A DNA stretch of 64,000 nucleotides from Phoronis australis (Eukaryota; Animalia; Phoronida): positions 198,951 to 262,950 of the forward strand of contig NMRA01000383.1 of the NCBI GenBank assembly GCA_002633005.1, written 5' to 3'. Each line of letters begins with the position of its first letter. The first letter of the stretch is position 1. Under the pieces are notes generated by a model. It was not told the DNA's origin and searched no databases. It was given only the letters and a program-made list of their open reading frames with translations. Shown here piece by piece: positions 1-13,468 of this stretch. Position numbers and translations under genes: made by a program.

Positions 1-270
1 TTCCGAGCGCAGCGACCGTGCTGACTTGCTAGATTTGTTGCTCTTGGTCGACCTGGTCGACTTGCCACTACGGATGCTATTTGCCCGCGTCGACTGTCTG
101 TGAAGCAGGTTTTGACTGATTGTGCGGTGTAAGTTCTTATTACTCAACGCCGCAGCGTTCATGATCCATGGATGCTTAAGAGCCTGGCTTGCCGTCATTC
201 TCTCTTCAGGACTGATGACGAAGATTTGGTCGATGAAGTCCTTGGCTAGTGTCGACACGTCTTTCCACGG
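1..270 (-). CDS. PSKH1: PSKH1-like kinase, last coding exon (partial; continues beyond window start)
   Basis: Minus-strand acceptor ...taatttcAG at 272-271, then an open frame PWKDVSTLAKDFIDQIFVISPEERMTASQALKHPWIMNAAALSNKNLHRTISQNLLHRQSTRANS... This is kinase subdomain X-XI plus the PSKH-type KNLHRxISQNLL tail and an Arg/Ser-rich C-terminus. It joins in phase 0 to exon 30236-31114. Confidence 0.95.
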
Positions 271-827
271 CTGAAATTACAGGGAGTTGACATTAGCTTA
301 TTATTTTCATGATCCATAATAAGTTACACAAAGCAGAGACTCGACAAAGCCCAACACTGTTATATGATGAAGCACATACATTCTCTGCCATACAGTCTCG
401 CAAGTCAAAATTGTTCAATGGATTTAACTACGACCCATCTTGGAAGACCCATGCAGAGAACAAAACAGTGAGTCATGACATAGGCTACACAGAGCACTAG
501 AACAGGAAGTCACCAGGGACACAGGCACATTTGCATCCTATCACCACAAAGACTTCACACAATGTTTACCTTATGCTAATTTTAATTACCTGGCTTACAC
601 TAGACTTAGCAAAGAAATGGTTTCCTTTACACGACACGCTATAGTTATTTTGGTTTAATTTTTGGAGCGTGTTTCATTTAAATCTAATTGCAGATATTAT
701 CGTAAAGGTCATGAGAAAAAAGCACTCTCATTGGCGTATCGAATTTCTTCCCAATGAGACAATCAATTTTTCACTGGGTGTGCCTCAATACAACATGAGA
801 CGAAGGTCACTGGAGAAATCTCATCAT

Positions 828-952
828 AGAACAGACTGTTGGGCCATGCCCTAACTGCTGACCAATTCCATGCTCTAACTACAGAGAACAGACTGTTGGG
901 CCATGCTCTAACAGCATAGAACAGACTGTTGGGTCATGCTCTAACTGCTGAC
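828..952. repeat. Short degenerate tandem repeat (AGAACAGACTGTTGGGCCATGCTCTAAC x3)
   Basis: Three visible copies. Confidence 0.75.
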
Positions 953-1853
953 CCTCATCAAGAGAGTAGTGCTGCCAAGGACTTTAAAACTCATCAACCT
1001 GCTTGAAGGCCAAACACACAACTCCAGTTGACTCAGCCGTAACAATCAAGAAAAAACAAAAATACAACAGCGTCAGGTTACTAACTGGGACACTTTAGTG
1101 GTAAAATAATGCTAATTGTTTTCAACTATGGTTTGTGTATATGTAGTGTAAAAAGTATTACTGTAGAGTTGAGTATTACATTTAAAGAAAGCTAACACAA
1201 GGTGTGTATGTCAAAACATCAAGCTTGCAGTCAATGTTGCGTTCACACTAAAGACTAACTTTGACAAGTCTATACAGTGCACAAATATAACTACAACACA
1301 AAATGGTGGCTTTCAATTTTTCAATGGCTGACTTTTTAAACTTTTTGCAAATAAATTGTATGTCAGCAAAAGTATTACATCATGCACGCATTTCAGACCA
1401 TGTTTGTAATAGACCAGAATATTCGCAATCTCAATTTTGAGTAGAAATTGAAAAAAACTTTCCCTTGTGGGCCATTTTGTGTGTCAAATAAATGAAGACT
1501 TAGCGGTGCACCAGTTTTCATTGTAAATTTAAGGCCACTGGAAGTGTAACACTGGACAGCACACATTACATTTGAGAGTACTTAGTCAGCAAAACAAGGA
1601 TTAAAAATCACTTTCACCCCCAGTCTGTGTGAGAAATTTCAATGAACTTGAGCCACATGATTTAATTCATGGCCTTATTTGGATTTGGGCCACTGTTACA
1701 ACACTAGACCTCTCCCAACTGACCACAGGACCTATCCCAGCTGATCACAGTAAAATATGTCCAATCTAGGATAAAACGTGGCTGTCAACTGAAATTTAAT
1801 TCACTTTTTCAGGAAAGAGAAGCATCACCAACCAAAAATTCTTGATGACTTAA

Positions 1854-2723
1854 AGGCGAAGGCAACCTTTTTTCATCTCTTTTTAGCAAAAACAAGTTAC
1901 ATCGGTTATCCCAGACATATTTTCCCCTTAATAACAGCTTTTCGTAATGTGATTAATTATTCGTTCTCTACTCCGGAAGTGACGTTTTGGGAGGGAAGAA
2001 TTTCCTGCCTATTTATTTTCGTATAGTCTGACCGTGAGAGCTGCACAGTCAATCAGTGTTCTATCTCGCGGTTTTGATAAGTTCGGTAATCGTGTGTACG
2101 AGTCAGTCAGCATCCCACACTTGCTGCTTATCGTCCCACGTACAGAGGAACAACTGTCCCACTTGCTCGAGTGTCCGCGACACACTCCCACTGATAGGGA
2201 CTTCAGCACACAAACTGCTTACACCCCGCCGTGTGACACCCTCGCCACACACCTGGCACCTTCTAAATAGCTCCAATACTTTAGACAAGTCCACAATAAA
2301 CTTATCAAAGTTTGGCTCACCGATCTTATCATTGAACGACGAACTGTCCTCTTCAATGAGTGTCGAACGGGGCCTGTATTCACTCCCACTACTCAATATC
2401 GCAGCAGGGCTGCTTACAGGCTTTGGGCCATAAGGAGTACATACCGGTAGGCAGCAACAGTGAGGCATGTTGACCGACTCGTAAACAAAAGCAAACGATG
2501 ACTGAACTTATGAAAACGGAGGTAGATCTATGACGCTCATATAGTCAGACTACGGGAAAAGAAATTGGCGTGAAATCCTTGCCTCCTAAAACGTCACTTT
2601 CGGAGTACAAAATGAATAATTAATGAAATTACGAAAAGCTGTAATTAAGTGGAAAATATGTCTGGGATAACCAACCAACCTTATTTTTGCTAAAAATGAC
2701 ATGAAAATAGGTTGCCTTTGCCT
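1854..2723 (-). mobile_element. Internally deleted Kolobok-like DNA transposon with a residual THAP/transposase ORF (2103-2468)
   Basis: TTAA on both sides (1850-1853, 2724-2727). Termini AGGCGAAGGCAACC / GGTTGCCTTTGCCT, with ~170 bp imperfect TIRs. The ORF starts MPHCCCLPVC (THAP-like start) and contains KFIVDLSKVLELFRRCQVCG (Kolobok transposase N-terminal-like motif). Confidence 0.8.
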
Positions 2724-2739
2724 TTAAGTTCTAGACCAT

Positions 2740-2812
2740 AATAGCTACGGTCCATACAATAGCTATGGTCCATACAATAGCTACGGTCAATACAATAGCT
2801 ACGGTCCATAAT
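2740..2812. repeat. 18-bp minisatellite x4 (TAGCTACGGTCCATACAA)
   Basis: Tandem copies immediately right of the Kolobok-like element. Confidence 0.9.
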
Positions 2813-4744
2813 ACTGTTTTGAGACAGCTGTAATGGCATTCACAACAATGTTAGAAGGATTGAAAAATGAAGCAACATCAATTTTGGTACAGAACTCGTG
2901 AGATTTTACTGCATCATTATTATTATATACCCCCAGGAGAAGGGTACTAAAGATATAACCCCCAGGATCAGGGTACTAAAAATATTTCTGAAGTATGGGC
3001 GGGAATTTAACCAAATCACTGTTATTCAGTGAAATGAATTCCAAACTGACAGTCCCTTTTAAAAGTGACTATTACCATAGAATGGATACTTGAAAAATGG
3101 TGTAAAAATTACCAATTTGGGACAGCGAAAAAACAATTATTACGCTCACGGTTTGAGCTTTAACAATACCACATAATAATATAACATGTGCCATTATTGA
3201 CAGTGACATCTGCTGACGACACCAAAGATAGACGTTCATACCGCATCACCCCTGCTGTTAAATCCACCTGTTCACTTTGAAGAAAACTTCTGCTGTTAAC
3301 TTCGACCCAAAACTGAAGTTAACCATTCGTAACGACCATCATTCCCTAAACATTGTTCGTATATAAAAATACTTTCCATCCACTCAGATATGTGCATTAT
3401 ACACATTGAATACTGTAAGTAATATCAGAAATACAAAACTAAGATTGTTCTCATGGACTCTGAAGTGCACATTCACCTGTGCACCTGAACAAGGTAGGTG
3501 AGTAATACCTGAAGATACTTCCCAGGAAGATCATGACAATAAACTATAATATGATTATCCCAACAGGTTATGTAATCCATTCTAGTCATGTCTCCTTGGC
3601 TGACATCAGTAGTCATTCCAAAGAGCTCCTGGCAACACAACTGTCAATGACAGAAGAGACCATCAAAGGCGCTGCCAGTTTTTCACTATAAGAACAAATT
3701 ACCACTCCCTTAATGAATGACATGTTTATTAAGTGCTATTACCATAGTTCAAACCATGTCAGATTTGACTAGGCTTTTCAATACAACTGTCTAATTCTGC
3801 CAATAGTCTTCCTCCAATTTACTACATGATAAACTGGAGAATTTAAAGGTCATCTAGCGAGCCCAATGCATCAGACCTATGTAATGTTTCTCAGAATTTG
3901 TTCCCCTTTAAAACACCTGTCTTCCAGTATAAGAATTGAACAACACCTGTTGACTAGGTAACACTAGAACACAGCAGACTTGGTCATTAGTGCAGTCATG
4001 TTCTTGCATTAAAAGATATAGCAGCCTTAATAGCAAATAGTTTTTTAATTCAAAGACTTCAACTTCAACCAACGATCACTCTAATCCAAGCTCCAATCTC
4101 TCACTTAACATACAACAGACAGATTCCTTGTTGTTACACAGGTAAAATGTAAACAGTTTTACTGTAACTGTCTTTCTAGTCAACAATGAAACCTAATTCA
4201 AATACAGGATTCAACTTTCACTTTGAATCCTCGATCAATACAACTTGGGAATATAGTTTAAGGAAAATTTGAACAAAACAAAGTTTGGAAGGACTTCTCA
4301 CAGTACAAACAATGAATTCATTGTTGTTGATTTGAAAGAGGACACCCAGTGTACGTCAGAGACTGGTGAAGCTCTGTGATCTCCGACAAATCACTGGCGT
4401 GGAGTTGTTTGGCAGGGATAAACCCTGAACTGTGAGGTGAAGCTGGTTACATTGGTGACAAGTCTACTTTCAGGGTGTTATTGTAGCTATCAAGGTAGAC
4501 AGGACTCCTTGCTTACATAGAAAATGAAAAGTACTGAATGTCAAACTCACTGTTTTAACATAAGCTACTGGTTTGTTCATAGTACGCATACACTTGATAT
4601 TTTAACCTGCATTTTGTCCTGTTGAGCTGGCTAATAAACCAAAAGTCAAATTAGGTCTTTTGCTCTCATGTTATTCTTTACCATGATCGAATTCTATTTT
4701 TGTTAACAACACAAACATCGAAACTATCAACGACTCAACTTTCG

Positions 4745-4940
4745 AGTTCATTGTAGTTGGCTCATGTACACACTGCCTGTGACAGTTCATTGTGGTTGGC
4801 TCATGTACACACTACCTGTGACAGTTCATTGTGGTTGGCTCATGTACACACTACCTGTGACAGTTCATTGTGGTTGGCTCATGTACACACTGCCTGTGAC
4901 AGTTCATTGTGGTTGTCCCATGTACACACTGCCCATGACT
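4745..4940. repeat. 39-bp minisatellite x5
   Basis: Unit AGTTCATTGTGGTTGGCTCATGTACACACTGCCTGTGAC. Confidence 0.95.
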
Positions 4941-5346
4941 TGAGTTGCCCGTTCCTTCATCAAAGTTTCAAGGAAATAGAAGCTTTTAAACCCCTAAGCG
5001 CTTCCGTTAAGAATTCAACATTGAGAGCTACACAGGAATAAAATGCAGCAGTAAGTGGATTATTTCCACAAGTAGAAACTCGTGCTCAAAGTGAGCAACT
5101 GCTACAGATACATTTCTTTCATTTGAGGAACACATGAAAAGAATCTCCACAAGACCATTCATAAACTCTTTAACACCCCAAAAGCAACTGTCTATTATGG
5201 TGACCATAGACACTAGCCTTGACATCATTGATTGACCTTCTACTTGATTTGACTATTTTGATTACAACTAAGTCAAACTGCCTTGAAGAGTGTTAATGAA
5301 AAGTAAGCTTTCATTACACATTCCACTTATTGTTCATCATGAACAA

Positions 5347-6064
5347 AGGCTGACTAGTGTCAGAGGTCTACATCCCTTGTTTTTACATTGTAGGCCGACT
5401 AGTGTCAGAGGTCTACATCCCTTGTTTTTACATTGTAGGCCGACTAGTGTCAGAGGTCTACATCCCTTGTTTTTACATTGTAGGCTGACTAGTGTCAGAG
5501 GTCTACATCCCTTGTTTTTACATTGTAGGCTGACTAGTGTCAGAGGTCTACATCCCTTGTTTTTACATTGTAGGCTGACTAGTGTCAGAGGTCTACATCC
5601 CTTGTTTTTACATTGTAGGCTGACTAGTGTCAGAGGTCTACATCCCTTGTTTTTACATTGTAGGCTGACTAGTGTCAGAGGTCTACATCCCTTGTTTTTA
5701 CATTGTAGGCTGACTAGTGTCAGAGGTCTACATCCCTTGTTTTTACATTGTAGGCTGACTAGTGTCAGAGGTCTACATCCCTTGTTTTTACATTGTAGGC
5801 TGACTAGTGTCAGAGGTCTACATCCCTTGTTTTTACATTGTAGGCTGACTAGTGTCAGAGGTCTACATCCCTTGTTTTTACATTGTAGGCTGACTAGTGT
5901 CAGAGGTCTACATCCCTTGTTTTTACATTGTAGGCTGACTAGTGTCAGAGGTCTACATCCCTTGTTTTTACATTGTAGGCTGACTAGTGTCAGAGGTCTA
6001 CATCCCTTGTTTTTACATTGCAGGCCGACTAGTGTCAGAGGTCTACATCCCTTGTTTTTACATT
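5347..6064. repeat. 45-bp minisatellite, ~16 near-identical copies
   Basis: Unit AGGCTGACTAGTGTCAGAGGTCTACATCCCTTGTTTTTACATTGT; it produces the spurious 258-aa ORF. Confidence 0.98.
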
Positions 6065-7337
6065 AGTAAAAAAACATCCATAACTAGTTACAGCTTCTTC
6101 CCAGTTTCCGCTCATTGTCGTTATCTGGCATGGTAAAATCTGTTCAACTTAGCACCAGATTACGCGACGAAAGTGGAATATTTTTTCCAGTACCTAACAA
6201 TGATTTATCAATATACAGCTTTCATGAGGCAATGTTTTGCGTAAATGTGACCAGTCACAGCAATGCTACAAATCTTTGAAAAACCAAAAAGCTCATTTTG
6301 GCAATTATGTTTATTAGAAATTAGTGAGCTTTTCACATGCCATGCTAACTGTTGTCAATAATTTAAGACCAGACCGCAGAAATAGTTTTCACTGGTGTAT
6401 CACAACACTGAACCACCAATGCGATCAAGCTAGATGAAGTTGTACGGATTGCTGAAACAACAGTCATCAAAAATATGAGCTCAGCGTTCATCTTGAAATT
6501 CGCCATCTTGACTGAAAACGAAAATTTATTAAGCATGAATAAAGGAAAACGACAAGTGATTAAATCTGGGGTCCCCAGAAATAATAAACTGACATTGTTT
6601 TCTTGATGGGTCGTGTAAAGAGCAAAGAGAGACAAGTTGATATTGATGGCTGCAGGGTGTATTGCAGAGATTTGAGGTTTATCATGAGACCAGGTGGCTG
6701 TCGCACATTAGTGATTGACATGTTTATCACAAGATTTTGACAGACAACACAATTTTTTTCTGGGTACATGAAATTTGGGTGGTCTAGCTTCAATTTTGTA
6801 AGATGTTTGTTTTGTTACTGGAACATGATAAAATAATGAAAGCCTCTGAACAGCCTCACAGGCAAAAGCAATTAAAAACATGAAGGTACGGTCAACATGA
6901 AGGTGAGTCCAACAATGAAACAAAGAACATACAAGTAGAGCCCCAACAGCCATAACACCAATGATAAACCTGCAAAAGTAGATGGAAGAATCAGTCAATA
7001 AAAGAGCAGTCATCAAACCAGGAAACATTTAACACGATAATTATAAGTCATGCATTTCACGAGATTCACAACGTGTGTAAATTTCATGTCGACCAGATGA
7101 AAAGTGCAACCAGTAACAACAGTATGGTGAACAACAAAAGCACAGCGGGGGAATTAATCAATAAAAGAACAGTCACCTGACCACTAAAACTCAAATATCT
7201 CAAGAGGGTTAAGACGGTGAGAAATGGCTAGCATAAAACACATTTGGTGAGATCCGTCAAGGGATGCTGGAGATGTGGGGTGAGACGTAAATCAATACAA
7301 GTCATCGAAAAATCTCAAATAACTCCAGAAAAGTTAA

Positions 7338-8760
7338 GGATATTTCCAACCTTATTCACAAAAATGGGCCATTTTTACAATATTTCACTTGTGTCTAGCA
7401 AAATACCTTATCTTCATTCTCGTGGGAATAAAATACGAAATATATACTGCGTAGCGAGAAAAAAAAAGATTTAGCAAAACCACCTTGGAACCGCACAACC
7501 GCGTGGATATTTGTTTACCACTTATCCAATGTCAAAGGTTAAAGGGCTTTCAAGTAAATTGAGTCTCCCGCCAGGTACAGAACAGCTTCGGTATACCCTC
7601 AGTCCTTTCATTCACAAATTCGCCATAACATTGAACCAACGAGGTGTGGTTATGATAGAATGGTGCCGGGGAAAACAAAGACAAAACGTAGTTTTGATCC
7701 TAAGGGAGTTGTGCGTCTACATGCATACGACCGTTGACGTTGAAAACGAATGCTACGAGTTGCCTCAGGCCTCAGTCTGGTCATGAACACAGAAAGTTGT
7801 GAAAAGAGATAAATCCTCCCCCTTATTCCTTAATTCAATTATTAAGTTAACATTTCGATGTTTCGATTTCATGTTAACGACTTACTTTAACCACCAATTC
7901 AATTTTTGTTATCCATTTCTTACTTGGTTTGGTATCAGTCTCCCAGCACGTGACGTGTACAGGCTATGAACTGTGACCTACTTAGAAAGTAGGTCGTACA
8001 AAATGGCAGAAGTTGGCTGCGAAAGATAGGTCTATTTGAGGTTTTAATGATATTTAAGTTAGTTACGCACTGCAAAATTAGTTAACATTGCAAGAAAACA
8101 TTGAAATTGGTGACATAGTTAAGGATTCTATAGGTTATGTATACCGAAAACAAGTTTTCACAGAATAATTAACCAAAGACTTAGAGATTTTCACGTGTCC
8201 CAGTTTAATCGGCTTTTTCTCGGCTTCGGCAAATCGACTTTATTTGAACTTAGGAACACGAGTTCTCGAAAATGGCTCGATGGATTTCGCTGAAACTTTC
8301 CAGACTTAATATTTAGTCACCAATCTCAAAAACGCTGTTAGGATTTTTGATATAAAAGCTTAGTTTTTGTGTAATGTGGCAAAAACGAATACGACTTCAA
8401 TTTTTTACAAAAATACCTTACGTTTTGCGAGTTTATTTGTCATAGAAACCAAACAAACAAACTAATCGAAAATTCCTAACAGCGTTTTTGAGGTAATTGA
8501 TGAAGTTTTCATTTAAAAAAGGTTTCGTTAAAATCGACCGAGGGGTTATTTTGCTATGAATGTACCTTTCTTAAAAATGGAATTTTTACTTAAAAAAGGT
8601 TTTTACGTAAAAATAATAATGACAAATAAATACAAAAAGTATATTTATATTTCCTGATCTTTGCTCTTTCAGAAAATATATACTTTTACTAGTTGACAAA
8701 GCTTAGTTTTTTTGATATACGAGTTAGAACAGAGGCCACTAAATAAGGTTTGAAATAACC
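7338..8760 (+). mobile_element. Non-autonomous TTAA-flanked TIR element (Kolobok-like), family A copy 1
   Basis: TTAA|GGATATTTCCAACCTTATT ... AATAAGGTTTGAAATAACC|TTAA; homologous inverted copy at 25862-27121. Confidence 0.8.
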
Positions 8761-9859
8761 TTAAGTTGTAGTGGTAAACAGATATCATTTTCCAGATAGT
8801 TCTTAATGTGATCTATCCACACACCATATTTCTATCCATGGACAGCAGAGCTATGGCTCCACAAAATCTAAAAATGAATGCCACAGCGTCATCTTGCATC
8901 CAATCTCAACCAAAAACAACAGGCTTCGAGCTATTCACAAAACAAATGATGACTGTAAACAAAGAAACAACAAGTAACAAACTTGGTGAAAATTTCTGGA
9001 AAAGGACAATTTCAGATCCAAATTTTGCAATAAGAATGTTTCTAGTCAAAACCAACTGTTGGATTTTGGGAAAAAGAATAGCCACAAGGTTCTCCTCACA
9101 GGAGGGGCAGGCAGCAGTCAAATCAAGAGTAACATGCAAAAATGGTCATCTCGAGGAGGTCCTATACAAAGTCTATTACTCAACACTGAATAAAAAGCAA
9201 AAGGTGCAACCCTGCACCCAAATGGAATAGACCTTTTTGCCATCTCCATACATCACCCCAGATGTTTTTAAGCAGAGAACCAGTTGGAGTCACCAACCCC
9301 AACAAGCCAAATATACCAAAGCCTCAAAACCTCCAGCAGAACAAACACCTACCAACATAGTGGTAATTTCCACATCATAGAATTTTCGATTTCCTAATAA
9401 TCAACTTTAGCACAGTGCCATACCTACAATCAATAGTGATATGCAGTCTATCATAACAACTAATTACCATGAGTAATTAAATATCGACATTTCCACAGTA
9501 CCTGACTAGCAATAGCCAACATTGACAAAATCCCTATGACGTGCTCTGCATATGTTAGAAGACAACTTAGCAATTTTACAGAAAACAAAAGTCAATAGAA
9601 ATACGCATATTGAACAACCACCGTTTATTTGCAGGCTAAAATAAGCAACCTTTGGCTATCTCAGGATAAAGTTATGACAGAAAAAAATGATTAAATAGGT
9701 ATGTTGATCAGTTTCCATGTAAGGCACAAGACAACACTGTGACCACTAGGGATACCTGCAATAGTTAGAACTGACATAAAGTGTAGAGACCTTGCCACTG
9801 AAACAAAAACAAAATAGAAAACTTAAAAAATGAAGTTTTCAACATTTTCAACAGACATG

Positions 9860-10370
9860 AAAATACTGTAAAGGAATACAGCAATGGTGCTGGTGAATGG
9901 CCGCCACATACCACAATGTCATGTTTCATAGAAATCTATCACTAGATTCTCTAGACTCCCTAAAATATATTGAATACCTTGTTGAGATCAAGATAGCCAC
10001 TAGGAACTGCTAGGGAGGTTGCATTCACACAAAAATCAACCCGTCTTTGAGTGAAGTTTCACAGAAATCCAGCTATCAAATCTACATATTATCAAGTAAT
10101 GGTACTAAACCAAATTAATGTCAATACTGAAATGGCCACTAGGAGACGCTGCAGTGTTTGATTACGCCGTAATCTCAACTGTTGCTAGCACAGTGCCATA
10201 ACACACACGCTTATGTGTCATTTGTCATTGAATTCTGTCCATCAGTTCTCAACGTTCTCGAGGGACTGGGCAGATTGAGAAGTGCCATACTCTGTCTTAG
10301 AGGTGCCTTACACCCATGTGCTAAATTTCATCAAGATCCGACCATCAGTTTTTTTAGATATCAAGCAAAC
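9860..10370 (+). mobile_element. Possible Helentron/HINE-like non-autonomous repeat fragment
   Basis: Contains GTGCTAAATTTCATCAAGATCCGACCATCAGTTTTTTTAG, similar in style to DINE-1/HINE core motifs. Boundaries approximate. Confidence 0.35.
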
Positions 10371-10371
10371 A

Positions 10372-10735
10372 CCTGTAGCCGGTCGCATGAAACAGTCCCA
10401 AGTAGGGACTCAGCTACAAATGTTCCTCAACAACTTTTCACCAAATTTGTGGACTTTTAAAAACACTGATTAGTCTCTCTAATAATGTTTTATTCTCATT
10501 AAAAAGTAAAGTTTGGCTTTGATATGCACCGTGAGAAAAACTCTGCATTGAATTCTCCAAGCAACTGAAAATAAATGGGGATCTTTTCATTCAACACCTC
10601 TAATTGAAGGACCAAGTCAATATTTATTTCCATTAAAATAATGTCTCAGTTTTTAAATATATACCGTATCATTATGAAATGTTGATAATCAAAGACCTAA
10701 TAACAAAACAATAGTGAAACAATATTTGTGAGTAA
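10372..10735 (+). repeat. Dispersed repeat, copy 1 (unclassified)
   Basis: Homologous to 35259-35592 (GCATGAAACAGTCCCAA...TTGTGGACTT...GGGATCTTTTCA...ATTTGTGAG). Confidence 0.7.
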
Positions 10736-11136
10736 ACAAAGACATGGATAAGGTATGCAGAAGAGTTACGTAAGGAACTTGAGACTGCAGGTATGCAACT
10801 TTATACAGATGTAGTTACATATTGTAGATAAAGGTCAGCAGCACTTATACATCCTTACAAAGCAGAACTGGCAAACTGCATTTGTGCTTGAGAAATATAC
10901 ACTAGGAAAAGAACTGTAGATTGCGAGGAATGAATTGTTACTCACAATTGCGGCGTGTGCAAGCAGAGCGACATCTTGTGAGAAAGGAACTTGTATCCAC
11001 GGAAAAAGAACGATATAATTGAAAATACCAGTACGACTCACAAATTCAGTAAAACCCAGTGAGACAGAAATACTAAGGGTGAGAGACCATGACAACACCT
11101 GACCACAGAACTACAATCTCTACTTAGTCTAATGGT

Positions 11137-11650
11137 CAGGGCTTGGAATGACCAATGACAAAAAACGCGGAAACTTTGAAACATTCACGGCCCAAATCAT
11201 GCCCGATAACCAGCCTTGAAATGGTCGATGTGAACCTTTCCCCGACAAAAGTCGGGAGGACTAAAAAAAATAATAAACGTTACCACCATCAGTAGCATGC
11301 GTCTGCGTCCTTTTAGCTCGCCCGTCCACTCCCAACCCACATCTTTTTGGCTGCAGAGCGGTAGTATTTGTCGCCGCGCTTAACAATAACAAGACCAGAC
11401 GCCATTGAAAATCCCACCACGCTGTCCCAGAAGCCCCGGCAATGTTGGCAATTTACGTTCCTCCGAAACATAAAGAGCAACTTCCGCTTTTCGAGGTGAA
11501 CGTCGTCTGCAACGCCGCGGTAAGAAAGGAATTTGCCGCGGAAATTTTATATCAAATCCGATTTTTTTACGCGGAAATATTATAAAAAAAGCGGAAAGCA
11601 CATTTGAAAAAAGCAGAAATCCGCGTTTCCGCGGAAAATCCCAAGCCCTG
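11137..11650. mobile_element. hAT-like MITE with 6-bp TSD
   Basis: AATGGT|CAGGGCTTGG ... CCAAGCCCTG|AATGGT. Subterminal CGCGGAAA motifs; GC-richer than the flanks. Confidence 0.85.
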
Positions 11651-13004
11651 AATGGTATAACCTGATCATTGGTTGCAAAGGTCACTGACAAAATGGATTT
11701 CCACTGACCACCATTGCCCATATCATTTTAACTGATTACTTTACCAGATGTTGACTACCAGAAATTTAAGACTGACCATTGGTTAAAATTTTTTGACTTG
11801 TATCACTCTTTCAAGGACCATCAGCCGTCAGATAGCTGGAACTTACCATGCAGGTGATACAGAGGTCAGCCGAGCTGCTGTTCTAGCAGACAAAATGAAA
11901 GTGTGTTCTGGACGAGGTCATGGACCTTTTAAGACAGGGAGGTTTAAAGGGCGTGAAATTCTTAGATTTGCTAGGTTTTCAGATATTTCTTCGTTTTAAT
12001 GATAACACTTAGAATACAAATCCTGTCTTTTACAAACTACTCATAATTAAGCTAAGTGACTTACAATCATTTTAGATGAACAGTAGATTAAACTTCTAAC
12101 TTCCATAAGTAGAGTTACATCTAATGAGCTGTTTTCTAGAAATCCAACAGAGCCACCCCGGATTGCACGGTCACACTTGANCACTTGAATCTCGCTGCAA
12201 TAACCATCAAACATTTATGTAACCAAGCGTTTTCACGTCATTGGAGGTACACGTGTTCTTTGTGATCCAATTCTCCTTTTTCTGCGCTGCATTACGCTAT
12301 TTGTCCATCCAAAGCCAACCAAGTATTATTGCTGTGCTGTGGGCTACAACTCTGATGAGAGAAAGTTGGATAAACTTGACAAATATCCGTGAGCGCGTAA
12401 TGCTTAATTCGGCGCCCTCCCGACATCAATCAAAAACAAAAAATGTGGTACGAGTGGATAAACCAAGTTTGTCTTGGAGATGTCTTTCTATTCCAGTGTT
12501 TTTAAATGGCTGAAATCGGGAACATTTCCAAGGCCATACACCTCGATGGTTTCAGACATGACAAGTGAATAAAAACATTGTGCTTTCTTACCTCCAGAGC
12601 AAAGAGTTCTATCACTGTATAATCTGCGGCGGTCATATTCGACTAGTAAATATTAACAAGACTTGAAATATGTTTTTGGTTTTGACCAAACTTGTAGTGA
12701 ATACAAAGCTGCATATAAGAACAGTGCTTTCTGCCAAAAATGCGTAAAATGGAACAGGTTAGATTTGATAAATATATTCTTCTCTGTCAAAAACACTCAA
12801 CTGGATTTAAACTTTGAGTGAGCTTTTGATCACAGCAGTATTAACTATGCTTTCTGTTATAAAACAAGTTTTAATTCAGGCCACTTAACTGCATGAAACT
12901 GATCTTGTCCTGTTCTTTAGCATATTTAAAAGTGATCTCTGGGATTGTGAAGAACAGATAATTTGTTCACAGCAAGCTTGGTATGAACAAATTACAAACT
13001 CTCA

Positions 13005-13468
13005 AGGGCCTTTCATACTAACGTCGATGTGTCGATGGTTTGGGGAGTTGCGGTCAGTATGAACACTTAACTCCGGTCCTGGATCGCAGCTAACAGGCTA
13101 AGAACGAAGCGTCGACGCTGCTGTGCAGTATGAACGCTTAACTCCGGTCCAATCGAAGTTATCGCCAGGTGCCACTGTTATCGTCAACAGGTAGTGCCGT
13201 CACTAATAGCTGCTTATATTTTGCTCTAATAAAAACCAATCGAAGCTTAATATCACTAAGTAGCACATGTAAAATATTTCTAAATTGAAACATTGAAAAA
13301 AATCTTAGCGTGCAACGCTATCTTGCGATAACTTCGATGACGACAGCGGCACAAAACCGCTTACTTTGATGTTCATTAACTACCGAAGCCCGTATGAACG
13401 GTCCAGTTAACTGCGCTGTTTACGTCGACGCTCCCTACAGACCGGGAGTTAACAATATGAAAGGGCCT
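13005..13468 (+). mobile_element. PIF/Harbinger-like MITE, family B copy 1
   Basis: TCA|AGGGCCTTTCATA ... TATGAAAGGGCCT|TCA (3-bp TSD). Internal repeated GTATGAACRCTTAACTCCGGTCC. Confidence 0.85.

Noticed and set aside
5290-6066. 258-aa repeat-protein ORF
   Set aside because: Artefact of a stop-free 45-bp (3n) minisatellite in an intron; non-ATG start and no splice support.
7244-7786. ORF pair similar to ORFs at 26599-27200
   Set aside because: The similarity reflects two copies of a non-coding TIR element; frames and stops are not conserved.
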